32,000 nucleotides of DNA from assembly GCF_002075285.3 (NCBI RefSeq), contig NZ_CP021983.2, forward strand, positions 1,980,001 through 2,012,000, written 5' to 3'. The notes under the pieces were generated by a model. That model was not told the DNA's origin, ran no database searches, and worked only from the letters and a program-made list of their open reading frames with translations. Of the stretch, positions 9,871-16,940 are shown piece after piece (the stretch's first letter is position 1; every line of letters begins with the position of its first letter). This DNA is from Halomicronema hongdechloris C2206 (GTDB lineage: Bacteria > Cyanobacteriota > Cyanobacteriia > Phormidesmidales > Phormidesmidaceae). The position numbers and the translations under genes were made by a program.

Positions 9871-10464
9871 TTAAGGGGCAAAGTAACTGCCCAGCATTAA
9901 CATCGCATCTTGACGAGCGTCCTGTTCACTTTCATAGAAGACCACCTCCATTTCTGAGGCCCCATCATCGGGCTGCAACCGCAGTCGAATGTAGGGATGG
10001 GGTGTGTCGTAGAAGGAGGGGGCCTGGGTCAATTTCAGCAAGTATCCGTTGCCATCACTGGCGACCACCTCATAGGGGCTGGCTTGGCCGCTGTCCCAGC
10101 GCACCTCGTTGGCGGTAATGGTCAAGGCTCCAAACGTGAGCAACACATTACTCTGCGGCTGCCAGGTCTTTGTCAGGGCCTGGGGGAGTTGGGCTGCCTG
10201 GGTGGTCGTCGCGGCACTGCCAGGCGGAGTTGCCGGAGAAGTGGGCCTGGCGGCAGTGGTCGGGGTTGGGCTAGGGGAAGGTAGTGCCGTCGCGTCATCT
10301 GGCGTGGGCTGCGAAGTCGGAGTCGGCAGTTTTAGGGTGGGCTCTACTAAGTCGGTTGGCACCGACTCCATGGGCTGGGGACGGGGACGGCAACCTACTG
10401 CCAACAGCAGCAGTAGCACTGGCACCGTCGCCCTAACTTGAATGCGAATCAGAACATTCCCCAT
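9871..10464 (-). CDS. putative lipoprotein with Pro/Thr-rich linker
   Basis: The internal ATG at 10464 gives MGNVLIRIQVRATVPVLLLLLAVGC, a lipobox-like signal ending in Cys, followed by a P/T/S-rich linker and a small globular C-terminus. Confidence 0.55.
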   Translation of the reverse strand: MGNVLIRIQVRATVPVLLLLLAVGCRPRPQPMESVPTDLVEPTLKLPTPTSQPTPDDATALPSPSPTPTTAARPTSPATPPGSAATTTQAAQLPQALTKTWQPQSNVLLTFGALTITANEVRWDSGQASPYEVVASDGNGYLLKLTQAPSFYDTPHPYIRLRLQPDDGASEMEVVFYESEQDARQDAMLMLGSYFAP

Positions 10465-10664
10465 GAATCTGCCTCTTCCTCGACTAAACCGGGCGATGAC
10501 CCCATGCGATCGCAGCACCCCAATGCTATCCCAAGTCCAGGGCCGGATTAGCGGCCCTGCCCCGGTAAATCCCTGGAGTTCATTCAGTTTAGGGCTGTCT
10601 CTCACCGGCTCAACTACAAGCGGGGATTGCTATAAAATGACAGGGTTCTTCACCCCGAGCCATC

Positions 10665-11012
10665 ATGAGCGGAGACACTATCTTTGGCAAGATCATCCAA
10701 CGAGAAATCCCAGCCAACATCGTGTACGAAGATGATCTCTGCCTAGCCTTCACCGACATCAATCCTCAGGCTCCAACCCATGTCTTGGTCATTCCCAAAA
10801 AAACCATCCCGACCCTGTCAGCGGCGAGCGCCGACGATAAAGCCCTCCTCGGCCACATGTTACTAACTGTTAAGGAGGTGGCCCATCAAGCAGGCCTGAC
10901 TGAGTCCGGGTATCGCGTCGTCATCAATGCCGGAAACGACGGTGGACAGACGGTTTTTCACCTGCACATGCATCTTCTCGGCGGACGCACGTTGCAATGG
11001 CCCCCGGGCTAA
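10665..11012 (+). CDS. HIT-family (histidine triad) nucleotide-binding protein
   Basis: [14 protein letters not shown]...[19 protein letters not shown]...[11 protein letters not shown] (HxHxHxx triad). Confidence 0.9.
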   Translation: MSGDTIFGKIIQREIPANIVYEDDLCLAFTDINPQAPTHVLVIPKKTIPTLSAASADDKALLGHMLLTVKEVAHQAGLTESGYRVVINAGNDGGQTVFHLHMHLLGGRTLQWPPG

Positions 11013-11152
11013 GAACATTTCGAATTATTGAGAAAGTAAACATTTAATATCGAAATAACGGCTTCAGCCACAAGAAACTTTACTGTTATCTGAGGTGAAT
11101 AATTTTCTCTATTCACCTAATTTCTTTGTTATTTACATCTGGCATTATCTCT

Positions 11153-12235
11153 ATGACTTCTACTCTTCAGGCTCGCGAGAGCGTGGGAGCGTGGGAGCAG
11201 TTTTGCCGGTGGATCACCAGCACCGACAACCGCCTATATATTGGCTGGTTCGGCGTGCTCATGGTCCCCACTCTGCTCACTGCTACCACCTGCTTTGTCA
11301 TTGCCTTTATCGGTGCTCCTGCCGTTGACATCGACGGCATTCGTGAGCCCGTGGCCGGCTCTTTGATCTACGGCAACAATATCGTCTCCGGTGCGGTGGT
11401 GCCCTCTTCCAATGCCATCGGTCTGCACTTCTATCCCATCTGGGAAGCCGCTTCCATTGATGAGTGGCTGTATAATGGCGGCCCTTACCAGTTCATCGTC
11501 TTCCACTTCCTCATCGGCATCTTTGCCTACATGGGGCGTCAGTGGGAACTGAGCTACCGTCTGGGCATGCGCCCTTGGATCTGCGTGGCCTATAGTGCGC
11601 CGCTATCTGCGGCCACTGCTGTGTTCTTGATCTATCCCTTGGGTCAGGGCTCCTTCTCTGACGGCATGCCGTTGGGTATCAGTGGTACCTTCAACTTCAT
11701 GTTCGTGTTCCAGGCGGAGCACAATATCTTGATGCATCCCTTCCACATGTTGGGTGTAGCCGCTGTGTTCGGTGGCAGCTTGTTCTCTGCCATGCACGGC
11801 TCGTTGGTCACCTCCAGCCTGGTGCGGGAGACCACCGAGACCGAGTCTCAGAACTACGGCTACAAGTTTGGCCAAGAAGAAGAGACCTACAACATCGTGG
11901 CCGCTCACGGCTACTTCGGTCGTCTCATCTTTCAATACGCCAGCTTCAACAACAGCCGCTCTCTGCACTTCTTCTTGGGAGCATGGCCGGTAATTGGCAT
12001 CTGGTTCACGGCGCTGGGCATCAGCACCATGGCCTTCAACCTGAACGGGTTCAACTTCAACCAGTCGGTATTGGATAGCCAGGGTCGGGTGATTGGCACC
12101 TGGGCCGATGTGCTGAACCGGGCCAACCTGGGCATGGAAGTGATGCATGAGCGCAACGCTCACAACTTCCCCCTCGATCTGGCTTCCGATGACGCCGCTC
12201 CTGTGGCTCTGACAGCTCCGGCCATCAATAGCTAA
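11153..12235 (+). CDS. psbA: photosystem II reaction-centre protein D1
   Basis: 360 aa starting [10 protein letters not shown]... Near-invariant D1 sequence throughout ([79 protein letters not shown]). After Ala344 there is a 16-residue C-terminal extension. Gln at position 130, Gly80, Phe158. Confidence 0.97.
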   Translation: MTSTLQARESVGAWEQFCRWITSTDNRLYIGWFGVLMVPTLLTATTCFVIAFIGAPAVDIDGIREPVAGSLIYGNNIVSGAVVPSSNAIGLHFYPIWEAASIDEWLYNGGPYQFIVFHFLIGIFAYMGRQWELSYRLGMRPWICVAYSAPLSAATAVFLIYPLGQGSFSDGMPLGISGTFNFMFVFQAEHNILMHPFHMLGVAAVFGGSLFSAMHGSLVTSSLVRETTETESQNYGYKFGQEEETYNIVAAHGYFGRLIFQYASFNNSRSLHFFLGAWPVIGIWFTALGISTMAFNLNGFNFNQSVLDSQGRVIGTWADVLNRANLGMEVMHERNAHNFPLDLASDDAAPVALTAPAINS

Positions 12236-12278
12236 GGCTATCGATTCCCTGGGCATGGCCCTGTAGGAATCTAACGTC

Positions 12279-12305
12279 AGCGCCTCCCGCCGGGGGCGCT
12301 TTTTT
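12279..12305 (+). terminator. Rho-independent terminator downstream of psbA
   Basis: GCGCCTCC-CGCC-GGGGGCGC GC-rich hairpin (12280-12299) followed by TTTTTT (12300-12305). Confidence 0.7.
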
Positions 12306-12350
12306 CATCCAGATGGGAGACGCCGCGTCTGCGAGTCAGCTGATTGTTGC

Positions 12351-13133
12351 CTATTGGGCAGAAGACTGGGCTTCGTTATAGGTCTGAATCCGCTCTAGCG
12401 CCTCGGCAAAAAACTCAGCAGGCACTGCCCCCGGAATCAGAATATCGCCCATGATGAAGGTGGGAGTGCTGTTGATTTGTAGTTCATCAGCCAAGGCTAA
12501 ATCCCGAGCAATGGCAGCTTCAGCTTCGGGACTGTTGCGATCGCGCTCAAACTGCTCCTGATCCAGGCCTAAGGTCTCAGCCAGTTCCACATAAAGGGTG
12601 TCCCCCAACCGCTCCTGATTGCTAAACAGGGCATCATGGTAGGGCCAAAACTGTCCCTGCTGCCCCGCCGCCCAAGCAGCCTTAGCCGCGGGTACAGCTT
12701 CTGGATGAATGCGAATCAAGGGCAAATGCTTGTAGACGAACAGCACATCTTCCTCATGCTCTGCCAGGAACCGGTCTACCTCCTCGGTGCCCCGAGCACA
12801 GTAGGGACACTGAAAATCTGAGAATTCAAATAGCACCACCTCGGCATCTGCAGCCCCTCGGGTAGGGGAATTACCAATCAGAGTCTCTCGATCTAGGGTG
12901 CTGACCACTTCCCTAACGACTTGCTGACGAGCCTGCAAGTCTGCCTGGCGATCGGTCTCCGCAGCGGGGTCGGCAGCGACATCCTCTTCCCTTGACACGG
13001 TTGGCTCCGGTAGGCCATTGGTCAGCAACATCACTAGCGCAGCGATTAGGGCAATGCCCGCGGCGCCAAAGAAGCCCATACCGATCCATTTCCACCGACT
13101 GACGTCATTCCCTGAGCCTGGCGACTGATCCAT
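12351..13133 (-). CDS. membrane-anchored DsbA-like thioredoxin-fold thiol:disulfide oxidoreductase
   Basis: N-terminal TM helix WIGMGFFGAAGIALIAALVMLL, redox motif FSDFQCPYCARG (CPYC), and a DsbA-like helical insert and C-terminus (INSTPTFIMGD). Confidence 0.8.
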   Translation of the reverse strand: MDQSPGSGNDVSRWKWIGMGFFGAAGIALIAALVMLLTNGLPEPTVSREEDVAADPAAETDRQADLQARQQVVREVVSTLDRETLIGNSPTRGAADAEVVLFEFSDFQCPYCARGTEEVDRFLAEHEEDVLFVYKHLPLIRIHPEAVPAAKAAWAAGQQGQFWPYHDALFSNQERLGDTLYVELAETLGLDQEQFERDRNSPEAEAAIARDLALADELQINSTPTFIMGDILIPGAVPAEFFAEALERIQTYNEAQSSAQ

Positions 13134-13274
13134 GACATGCCCCCCTTAGACAGTTTCTGGTGATTATTGTGGCAGCTTTCGCCATTGGCATGGCAGCCAT
13201 TTTCCTGAGTGTTTCCTGAGAGAACGGTAGCCCCTGGCACTGAGAGCATCAGGGTGTATAGTCGTAATTGATGT

Positions 13275-13348
13275 GGGGCTGTAGCTCAGCTGGATAGAGC
13301 AAGCGCCTCCTAAGCGCTAGGTCGCGCGTTCGAATCGCGCCAGTCCCG
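13275..13348 (+). tRNA. trnR: tRNA-Arg (anticodon CCU)
   Basis: Manual cloverleaf: acceptor GGGGCTG/CAGTCCC, D arm GCTC-AGCTGGATA-GAGC, anticodon stem AGCGC/GCGCT with loop CTCCTAA (CCT at 34-36), variable AGGTC, T arm GCGCG-TTCGAAT-CGCGC, discriminator G. 74 nt, no encoded CCA. Confidence 0.9.
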
Positions 13349-13447
13349 TCCCATATTAGAATCTAGCTCTAGCTCTAGCTCTGGAGTGCTTTCCCAAGCA
13401 CACCTGTGAGTCTAGGCTGGGCCATAATTTAGACATCGATGGTTGCC

Positions 13448-13463
13448 TTAGAGCGCGCTCTAA
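13448..13463. repeat. perfect 16-bp palindrome TTAGAGCGCGCTCTAA
   Basis: Read directly: TTAGAGCG is the reverse complement of CGCTCTAA. It lies about 100 nt downstream of the tRNA. Confidence 0.9.
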
Positions 13464-13481
13464 CCTCTAACGTGCAGATAT

Positions 13482-13528
13482 GGACTTTGATTGCGCCGGA
13501 GTAGGCAGAGGTGGTTAGTTTGGTGAGG
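13482..13528 (+). repeat. copy A of a ~47-nt motif found upstream of TA modules
   Basis: GGACTTTGATTGCGCCGGAGTAGGCAGAGGTGGTTAGTTTGGTGAGG aligns with copies at 14245-14291 and 15325-15369. Confidence 0.75.
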
Positions 13529-13633
13529 TGCGATCGCAAGGTTTCACAGGCATGACGCGACCTTAGCCGGTAACAGCACCCCATTCATCGATACCACCTG
13601 GGTTTTACTCGATGCGATCGCGATTTTACTTAT

Positions 13634-13681
13634 GAATCCTCGCGATCATCGCGAGTAACAACGCGACGATCGCGAGGATTC
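13634..13681. promoter_or_regulatory. 48-nt imperfect palindrome (14-bp perfect arms) overlapping the 5' region of the vapB remnant; possible operator
   Basis: GAATCCTCGCGATC (13634-13647) is the exact reverse complement of GATCGCGAGGATTC (13668-13681). An inner TCGCG/CGCGA pair extends the stem. Confidence 0.4.
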
Positions 13682-13686
13682 AGGCG

Positions 13687-13770
13687 ATGGTGCGGCGATA
13701 TGTGCCGGAGGGACATTCGCTGGTGGATGAACTGATTGCTGAACGTCGTGCTGAGACGGAACGTGAGTAA
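13687..13770 (+). pseudogene. C-terminal remnant of a VapB-type antitoxin (27 codons from the first ATG)
   Basis: Frame 1 reads ...IARIQAMVRRYVPEGHSLVDELIAERRAETERE* and its stop overlaps the vapC GTG start (GTGAGTAA). The frame is closed by TGA at 13633-13635, so no normal-length N-terminal DNA-binding domain is encoded. Confidence 0.3.
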
Positions 13771-14137
13771 GGTCGTGCTCGATGCGTCGGCGTTGCTGGC
13801 ACTGGTGAATCAGGAGCCAGGGCAGGCCATTGTGGCGGAGCTGCTGTCTCGGTCTTGGGTAAGTGCGGTGAATGCCAGTGAGTTGGTGACCGATCAGGGC
13901 ATGTCTGAAACGGAGGTGCAGCAGGTGCTGACAGCTTTGAACTTACAGGTGGTGCCGTTTGATGAACGGCAGGGATTGATGGCAGGCTATTTGCGGTCGG
14001 TGACAAAGCATCTAGGGCTGTCTCTGGGCGATCGCGCGTGTCTGGCATTGGGGTTCCTGCAGTGGTGCAAGATGATCACGGCGGATAAGGCGTGGGCCAA
14101 GCTGGAGTTGGGCGTCGAGATTCAGGTGATTCGCTAA
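13763..14137 (+). CDS. vapC: PIN-domain toxin, VapC family
   Basis: From GTG at 13763: VSKVVLDASALLALVNQEPG...AVNASEL...GLSLGDRACLALG...ITADKAW...VIR. The conserved acidic PIN residues (D, E, D, D) occur in the expected order. Confidence 0.8.
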   Translation: MSKVVLDASALLALVNQEPGQAIVAELLSRSWVSAVNASELVTDQGMSETEVQQVLTALNLQVVPFDERQGLMAGYLRSVTKHLGLSLGDRACLALGFLQWCKMITADKAWAKLELGVEIQVIR

Positions 14138-14244
14138 GGCTAGGCAACGTCTGAATTACGGTGGGTTAAGAAGGCTAACACTCTTATAGCTCCAGTATGG
14201 GTCGCAGGCGACGTGGAGTCAGGCGATCGCGATTCCGGAGTCGG

Positions 14245-14291
14245 GGATTTTGATGACGTCAGAGCAGGGAGAGGTGTTTAGTTTGTTGAGG
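14245..14291 (+). repeat. copy B of the ~47-nt TA-upstream motif
   Basis: GGATTTTGATGACGTCAGAGCAGGGAGAGGTGTTTAGTTTGTTGAGG. Shares additional upstream bases (CCGGAGTCGG) with copy C. Confidence 0.8.
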
Positions 14292-14360
14292 CACAATATC
14301 TGTCAGCAACGGATTAAGACTGGAGTTCAGATGCGGGACATGAAGTGTTAGCCATTCGGT

Positions 14361-14529
14361 CTGAAGTCCAGTCTCTAATGCCACAATAGACTGAGGCGTT
14401 TGAGGAGATTAGCAAGATGACGCTACAAGAGCTTATGCAAGAGGCTCAGCGCTTGAGTTGGCAAGAGCAGTTTCATCTGGCAGCGCGTCTGCTGCAGTGG
14501 GCTGAGGCTAAGATGCCTGAACCCCTTGA
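14361..14529 (+). repeat. 169-nt duplicated module (upstream region plus first ~37 codons of an antitoxin), copy 1
   Basis: CTGAAGTCCAGTCTCT..TGCCACAATAGA..GAGGAGATTAGCAAGATGACGCTACAAGAGCT...AAGATGCC.AAACCCCTTG is near-identical to 15439-15607. Confidence 0.85.
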
Positions 14530-14641
14530 TCAGTCAACCTATCAAGACAGTTCGCTAGTGACAGCTGCGGCGAAAGTTTCTGAACCTGCCTTTGCTGCAG
14601 TCTGGGATAATCCAGAGGATGCGGCCTACGATGACCTATAA
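14417..14641 (+). CDS. antitoxin-like protein (addiction-module-component-like N-terminus; C-terminus of the type paired with PemK/MazF toxins)
   Basis: MTLQELMQEAQRLSWQEQFHLAARLLQWAE... The C-terminal ...AVWDNPEDAAYDDL resembles the C-terminus GYSPEDAIYDAL of the neighbouring antitoxin at 15011-15232. No intact toxin lies downstream. Confidence 0.6.
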   Translation: MTLQELMQEAQRLSWQEQFHLAARLLQWAEAKMPEPLDQSTYQDSSLVTAAAKVSEPAFAAVWDNPEDAAYDDL

Positions 14642-14690
14642 GTTTGACGAGGAGGGCTTTATTGCGATTTCAGCAGTATTAATCTGTTGA
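14631..14690 (+). pseudogene. possible 5' stub of a PemK/MazF-type toxin gene
   Basis: The ATG overlaps the last codons of the antitoxin. It reads MTYKF (an N-terminus I recall from PemK-like toxins), then an unrelated DEEGFIAISAVLIC and a stop. Very short, so weak evidence. Confidence 0.25.
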
Positions 14691-15008
14691 CCACATTTGT
14701 CTCAAAGCCGTGCTGACATTGCCCCAGTCTCTTTCTGACAAGCACCCTAAACGTCGTTTGATCAGCGTTTTCTCTAAAGTCGCAATTTTATGAAGGCGAA
14801 CGACTGACGCTGCGAGCAAACCTGCTGATTCTAAGTCAGCTAAGCTCACATCAAAGGTCGTGGAATAGGGCTGGCTGGTGATTCTGGCTACAATGATGTC
14901 GGGATCCTCAACATCGAGCAAAATCAAGGCTGGGCGTTGCTTCTGACGGAGGCCATCAGTGAATGGAAACGCCAGCAGAACGACTTCCCCTGGTTGATAA
15001 ATTTCCAT
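14679..15008 (-). CDS. PemK/MazF-family toxin (mRNA interferase fold)
   Basis: MEIYQPGEVVLLAFPFTDGLRQKQRPALIL...ARITSQ...LLAASVVRLHKIATLEKTLIKRRLGCL is the typical PemK pattern (GxVVxxxFPFTD...KxRPALVL...K..TL....I....G.L). Confidence 0.8.
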   Translation of the reverse strand: MEIYQPGEVVLLAFPFTDGLRQKQRPALILLDVEDPDIIVARITSQPYSTTFDVSLADLESAGLLAASVVRLHKIATLEKTLIKRRLGCLSERDWGNVSTALRQMWSTD

Positions 15009-15010
15009 CT

Positions 15011-15232
15011 TTAGAGAGCATCGTAGATGGCATCTTCAGGGCTATATCCAGCCAAAAACTGATTCGCCACCAGAGTTTTCCAGGCATCTTCTGCCTCTGC
15101 TTCAGACGGTTCTTGTACGAGCACAATGACTCTGACCGCTTGCTGATGACCCGCTAGTTGAGACAATGCCGCTTCCGGGATCTTGAGCTGTCCGTCAGCG
15201 GTGACTTCTCCGGCAAACTCGTAGGCTTTCAT
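15011..15232 (-). CDS. antitoxin partner of the PemK/MazF-like toxin
   Basis: 73-aa ORF ending 2 nt upstream of the toxin ATG. Small and acidic; the N-terminal MKAYEFAGEVTADGQLKIPEA is swapped-hairpin/AbrB-like. C-terminus ...SPEDAIYDAL. Confidence 0.65.
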   Translation of the reverse strand: MKAYEFAGEVTADGQLKIPEAALSQLAGHQQAVRVIVLVQEPSEAEAEDAWKTLVANQFLAGYSPEDAIYDAL

Positions 15233-15324
15233 GGCTTCTGGGCTTTCTTGACGCTAAGTACAACTATATAAGCTTTGCTCTTGAGTGTTGCTGATTCCCC
15301 TCAAACGACGCTACCTGGAGTCGG

Positions 15325-15369
15325 AGATTTTGATTATGCCGGAGCAGGGAGAGGTGTTTAGGGTGGAGG
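15325..15369 (+). repeat. copy C of the ~47-nt TA-upstream motif
   Basis: AGATTTTGATTATGCCGGAGCAGGGAGAGGTGTTTAGGGTGGAGG. Confidence 0.8.
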
Positions 15370-15438
15370 GGGGCGATCTCCATTAGTTATTGTTGGAGGC
15401 TGGGTTTCAGGAAGGGGTAGAAGGATTCGCAATCCTGA

Positions 15439-15607
15439 CTGAAGTCCAGTCTCTGGTGCCACAATAGATTAAGGCTTTTGAGGAGATTAGCAAGATGACG
15501 CTACAAGAGCTCATGCAAGAGGCTCAGCGCTTGAGTTGGCAAGAGCAGTTCCATTTAGCGGCGCGTCTGCTTCAGTGGGCTGAGGCCAAGATGCCCAAAC
15601 CCCTTGC
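15439..15607 (+). repeat. 169-nt duplicated module, copy 2
   Basis: Near-identical to 14361-14529. Only scattered substitutions were found by manual alignment. Confidence 0.85.
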
Positions 15608-15716
15608 AAGTCAGTTGCCAGCTCAACGTCAGCCAGATTTACATCCAGGGGCGTTTATTGTCTCAGATGACTTCGATGATCCTTTACCCAATAGCTTTTG
15701 GTTGGGTGAAGGATGA
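15495..15716 (+). CDS. antitoxin (same N-terminal ~35 aa as 14417-14641; DUF2281-like C-terminus of the type paired with VapC)
   Basis: MTLQELMQEAQRLSWQEQFHLAARLLQWAEAKMPKP then a divergent tail ...GAFIVSDDFDDPLPNSFWLGEG. Its stop overlaps the downstream PIN start (ATGA at 15713-15716). Confidence 0.65.
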   Translation: MTLQELMQEAQRLSWQEQFHLAARLLQWAEAKMPKPLASQLPAQRQPDLHPGAFIVSDDFDDPLPNSFWLGEG

Positions 15717-15772
15717 AGCTTTTGTTGGATACTCATACGTTTATCTGGTGGGATAAGCTATCGCGCATCTAA
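15713..15772 (+). pseudogene. vapC: vapC (PIN toxin) 5' stub truncated by the IS630-family insertion
   Basis: MKLLLDTHTFIWWD is a canonical cyanobacterial VapC N-terminus. After codon 14 the frame runs into the IS terminal repeat and stops at 15770-15772. Confidence 0.7.
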
Positions 15773-16940
15773 AATGCATTAACAGCGTTTCCCTTATTCT
15801 TGAGCTTGCGGTCCCACTTTATAATCAACTCTCCCTCATTGAGTAGCTTATTTACCAGAGCCTCAAGCTCTTCTATGGACTTAAACAGACGACCAGAAAT
15901 ATATTCCTTTGCCGAATGCCAAACTAATTCTATGAGGTTATAGTCCGGACTGTATTCGGGTAGAAACTCTACCACCAAATTAGGCATCTCTAATTTTATC
16001 TTTTCAATAAATTCCTCCTTTTTATGAATACTGGCATTATCCAGAATGATGACTATCTTAGGACCCTCCTTCTCGAAATCAGCAATCTCTCTACCTTCAC
16101 TCACCCACTCATACTTGACTTCTTCATAAAATCCCTTAAGAACTTTGTAGAAATTCTCTCCTGTCCCCTTTGCCAGAAAGTCAACCAGTCGCTTCTTGTC
16201 TGAAAAGCGGACTCCTCCCATCACACTTACCCTACCCTTTCTGCGGATCCCTGAAACCTTCTTGCGACTTCCTTTTTTGGTCCAAAGTTTTCGACGAATT
16301 ACTCTTAAACTAAAGCCAAACTCATCCCAAAACCATACCTGCAGACTATTTGGCGTCTCTTTTGTAATTCTTAAATATTCATCTAACTTAGCCTTAAATA
16401 GTTTGCGCTTCTCTGGATCTTGCTTATCCTCTAAGCTATACTTAGCCCAGAGGAAAACGTACTACTTTTTTGACTTTAGTATTCTCCTGATCTGGCTTCC
16501 ACTTAAGCGAATCCCTGTTTCTTGTTCCAGATAAACCGATAAGCGTGCAGCCGTCCATCTCCCAAATTCATATCCCAACCCTTGCGGATCTTTTTCGATA
16601 ACCTCTAGCAATAAGTCAACGTATTGATCCGTTGCCTTATGAAAGTTTCCTTTCATCCTCTCATCGATCAGGCTATCTAGATTGCTTGGGTCGCCATGCG
16701 TACACCAATAGGCTACTTTTCTTAGAGAACAACCAAGAAAATCAGCAATCTCTTGTTGCGTTTTGCCATCATTGCGTAGTAGAAGGATTAGAATCCTCTC
16801 GCGAATATCAGGATGCTCATGGGACTTGAGCTGCTTTTGTAACTCTTGCTTCTCTTCTAGCGTTAAGTGGTTCTTGATTGGCATAACTAACCTACTTGAA
16901 CCATACCTTATGATACGTAATTTAGATGCCTAACAGCTTA
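15754..16940 (-). mobile_element. IS630/Tc1-mariner-family insertion sequence (~1.19 kb including flanking TA)
   Basis: Terminal inverted repeats TAAGCTATCGCGCATCTAAAATGC (15754-15777) versus the reverse complement of 16917-16940, TAAGCTGTTAGGCATCTAAATTAC (18/24 match). TA lies at both ends. Visibly AT-richer than the flanks. Confidence 0.8.
15769..16884 (-). pseudogene. IS630-family DDE transposase: a single 372-codon frame interrupted by one in-frame TAG (16462-16464)
   Basis: ORFs 16462-16884 (HTH/winged-helix N-terminus) and 15769-16224 (DDE_3 motifs IVIILDNASIHKK, LPEYSPDYNLIELVW) are in the same frame. My translation of 16225-16461 in that frame (YVFLWAKYSLEDKQDPEKRKLFKAKLDEYLRITKETPNSLQVWFWDEFGFSLRVIRRKLWTKKGSRKKVSGIRRKGRVS) has no stop. 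Confidence 0.8.

Noticed and set aside
11153-12235. The psbA copy as the microaerobic D1-prime isoform or a rogue/sentinel D1.
   Set aside because: Gly80 and Phe158 are retained, and all Mn-cluster ligand regions and the C-terminal processing site look canonical.
16459-16473. Programmed -1 frameshifting at A_AAA_AAG as the way to express full-length IS630 transposase.
   Set aside because: The downstream DDE part is in the zero frame, not the -1 frame. The -1 frame terminates after 8 codons and the +1 frame after 10.
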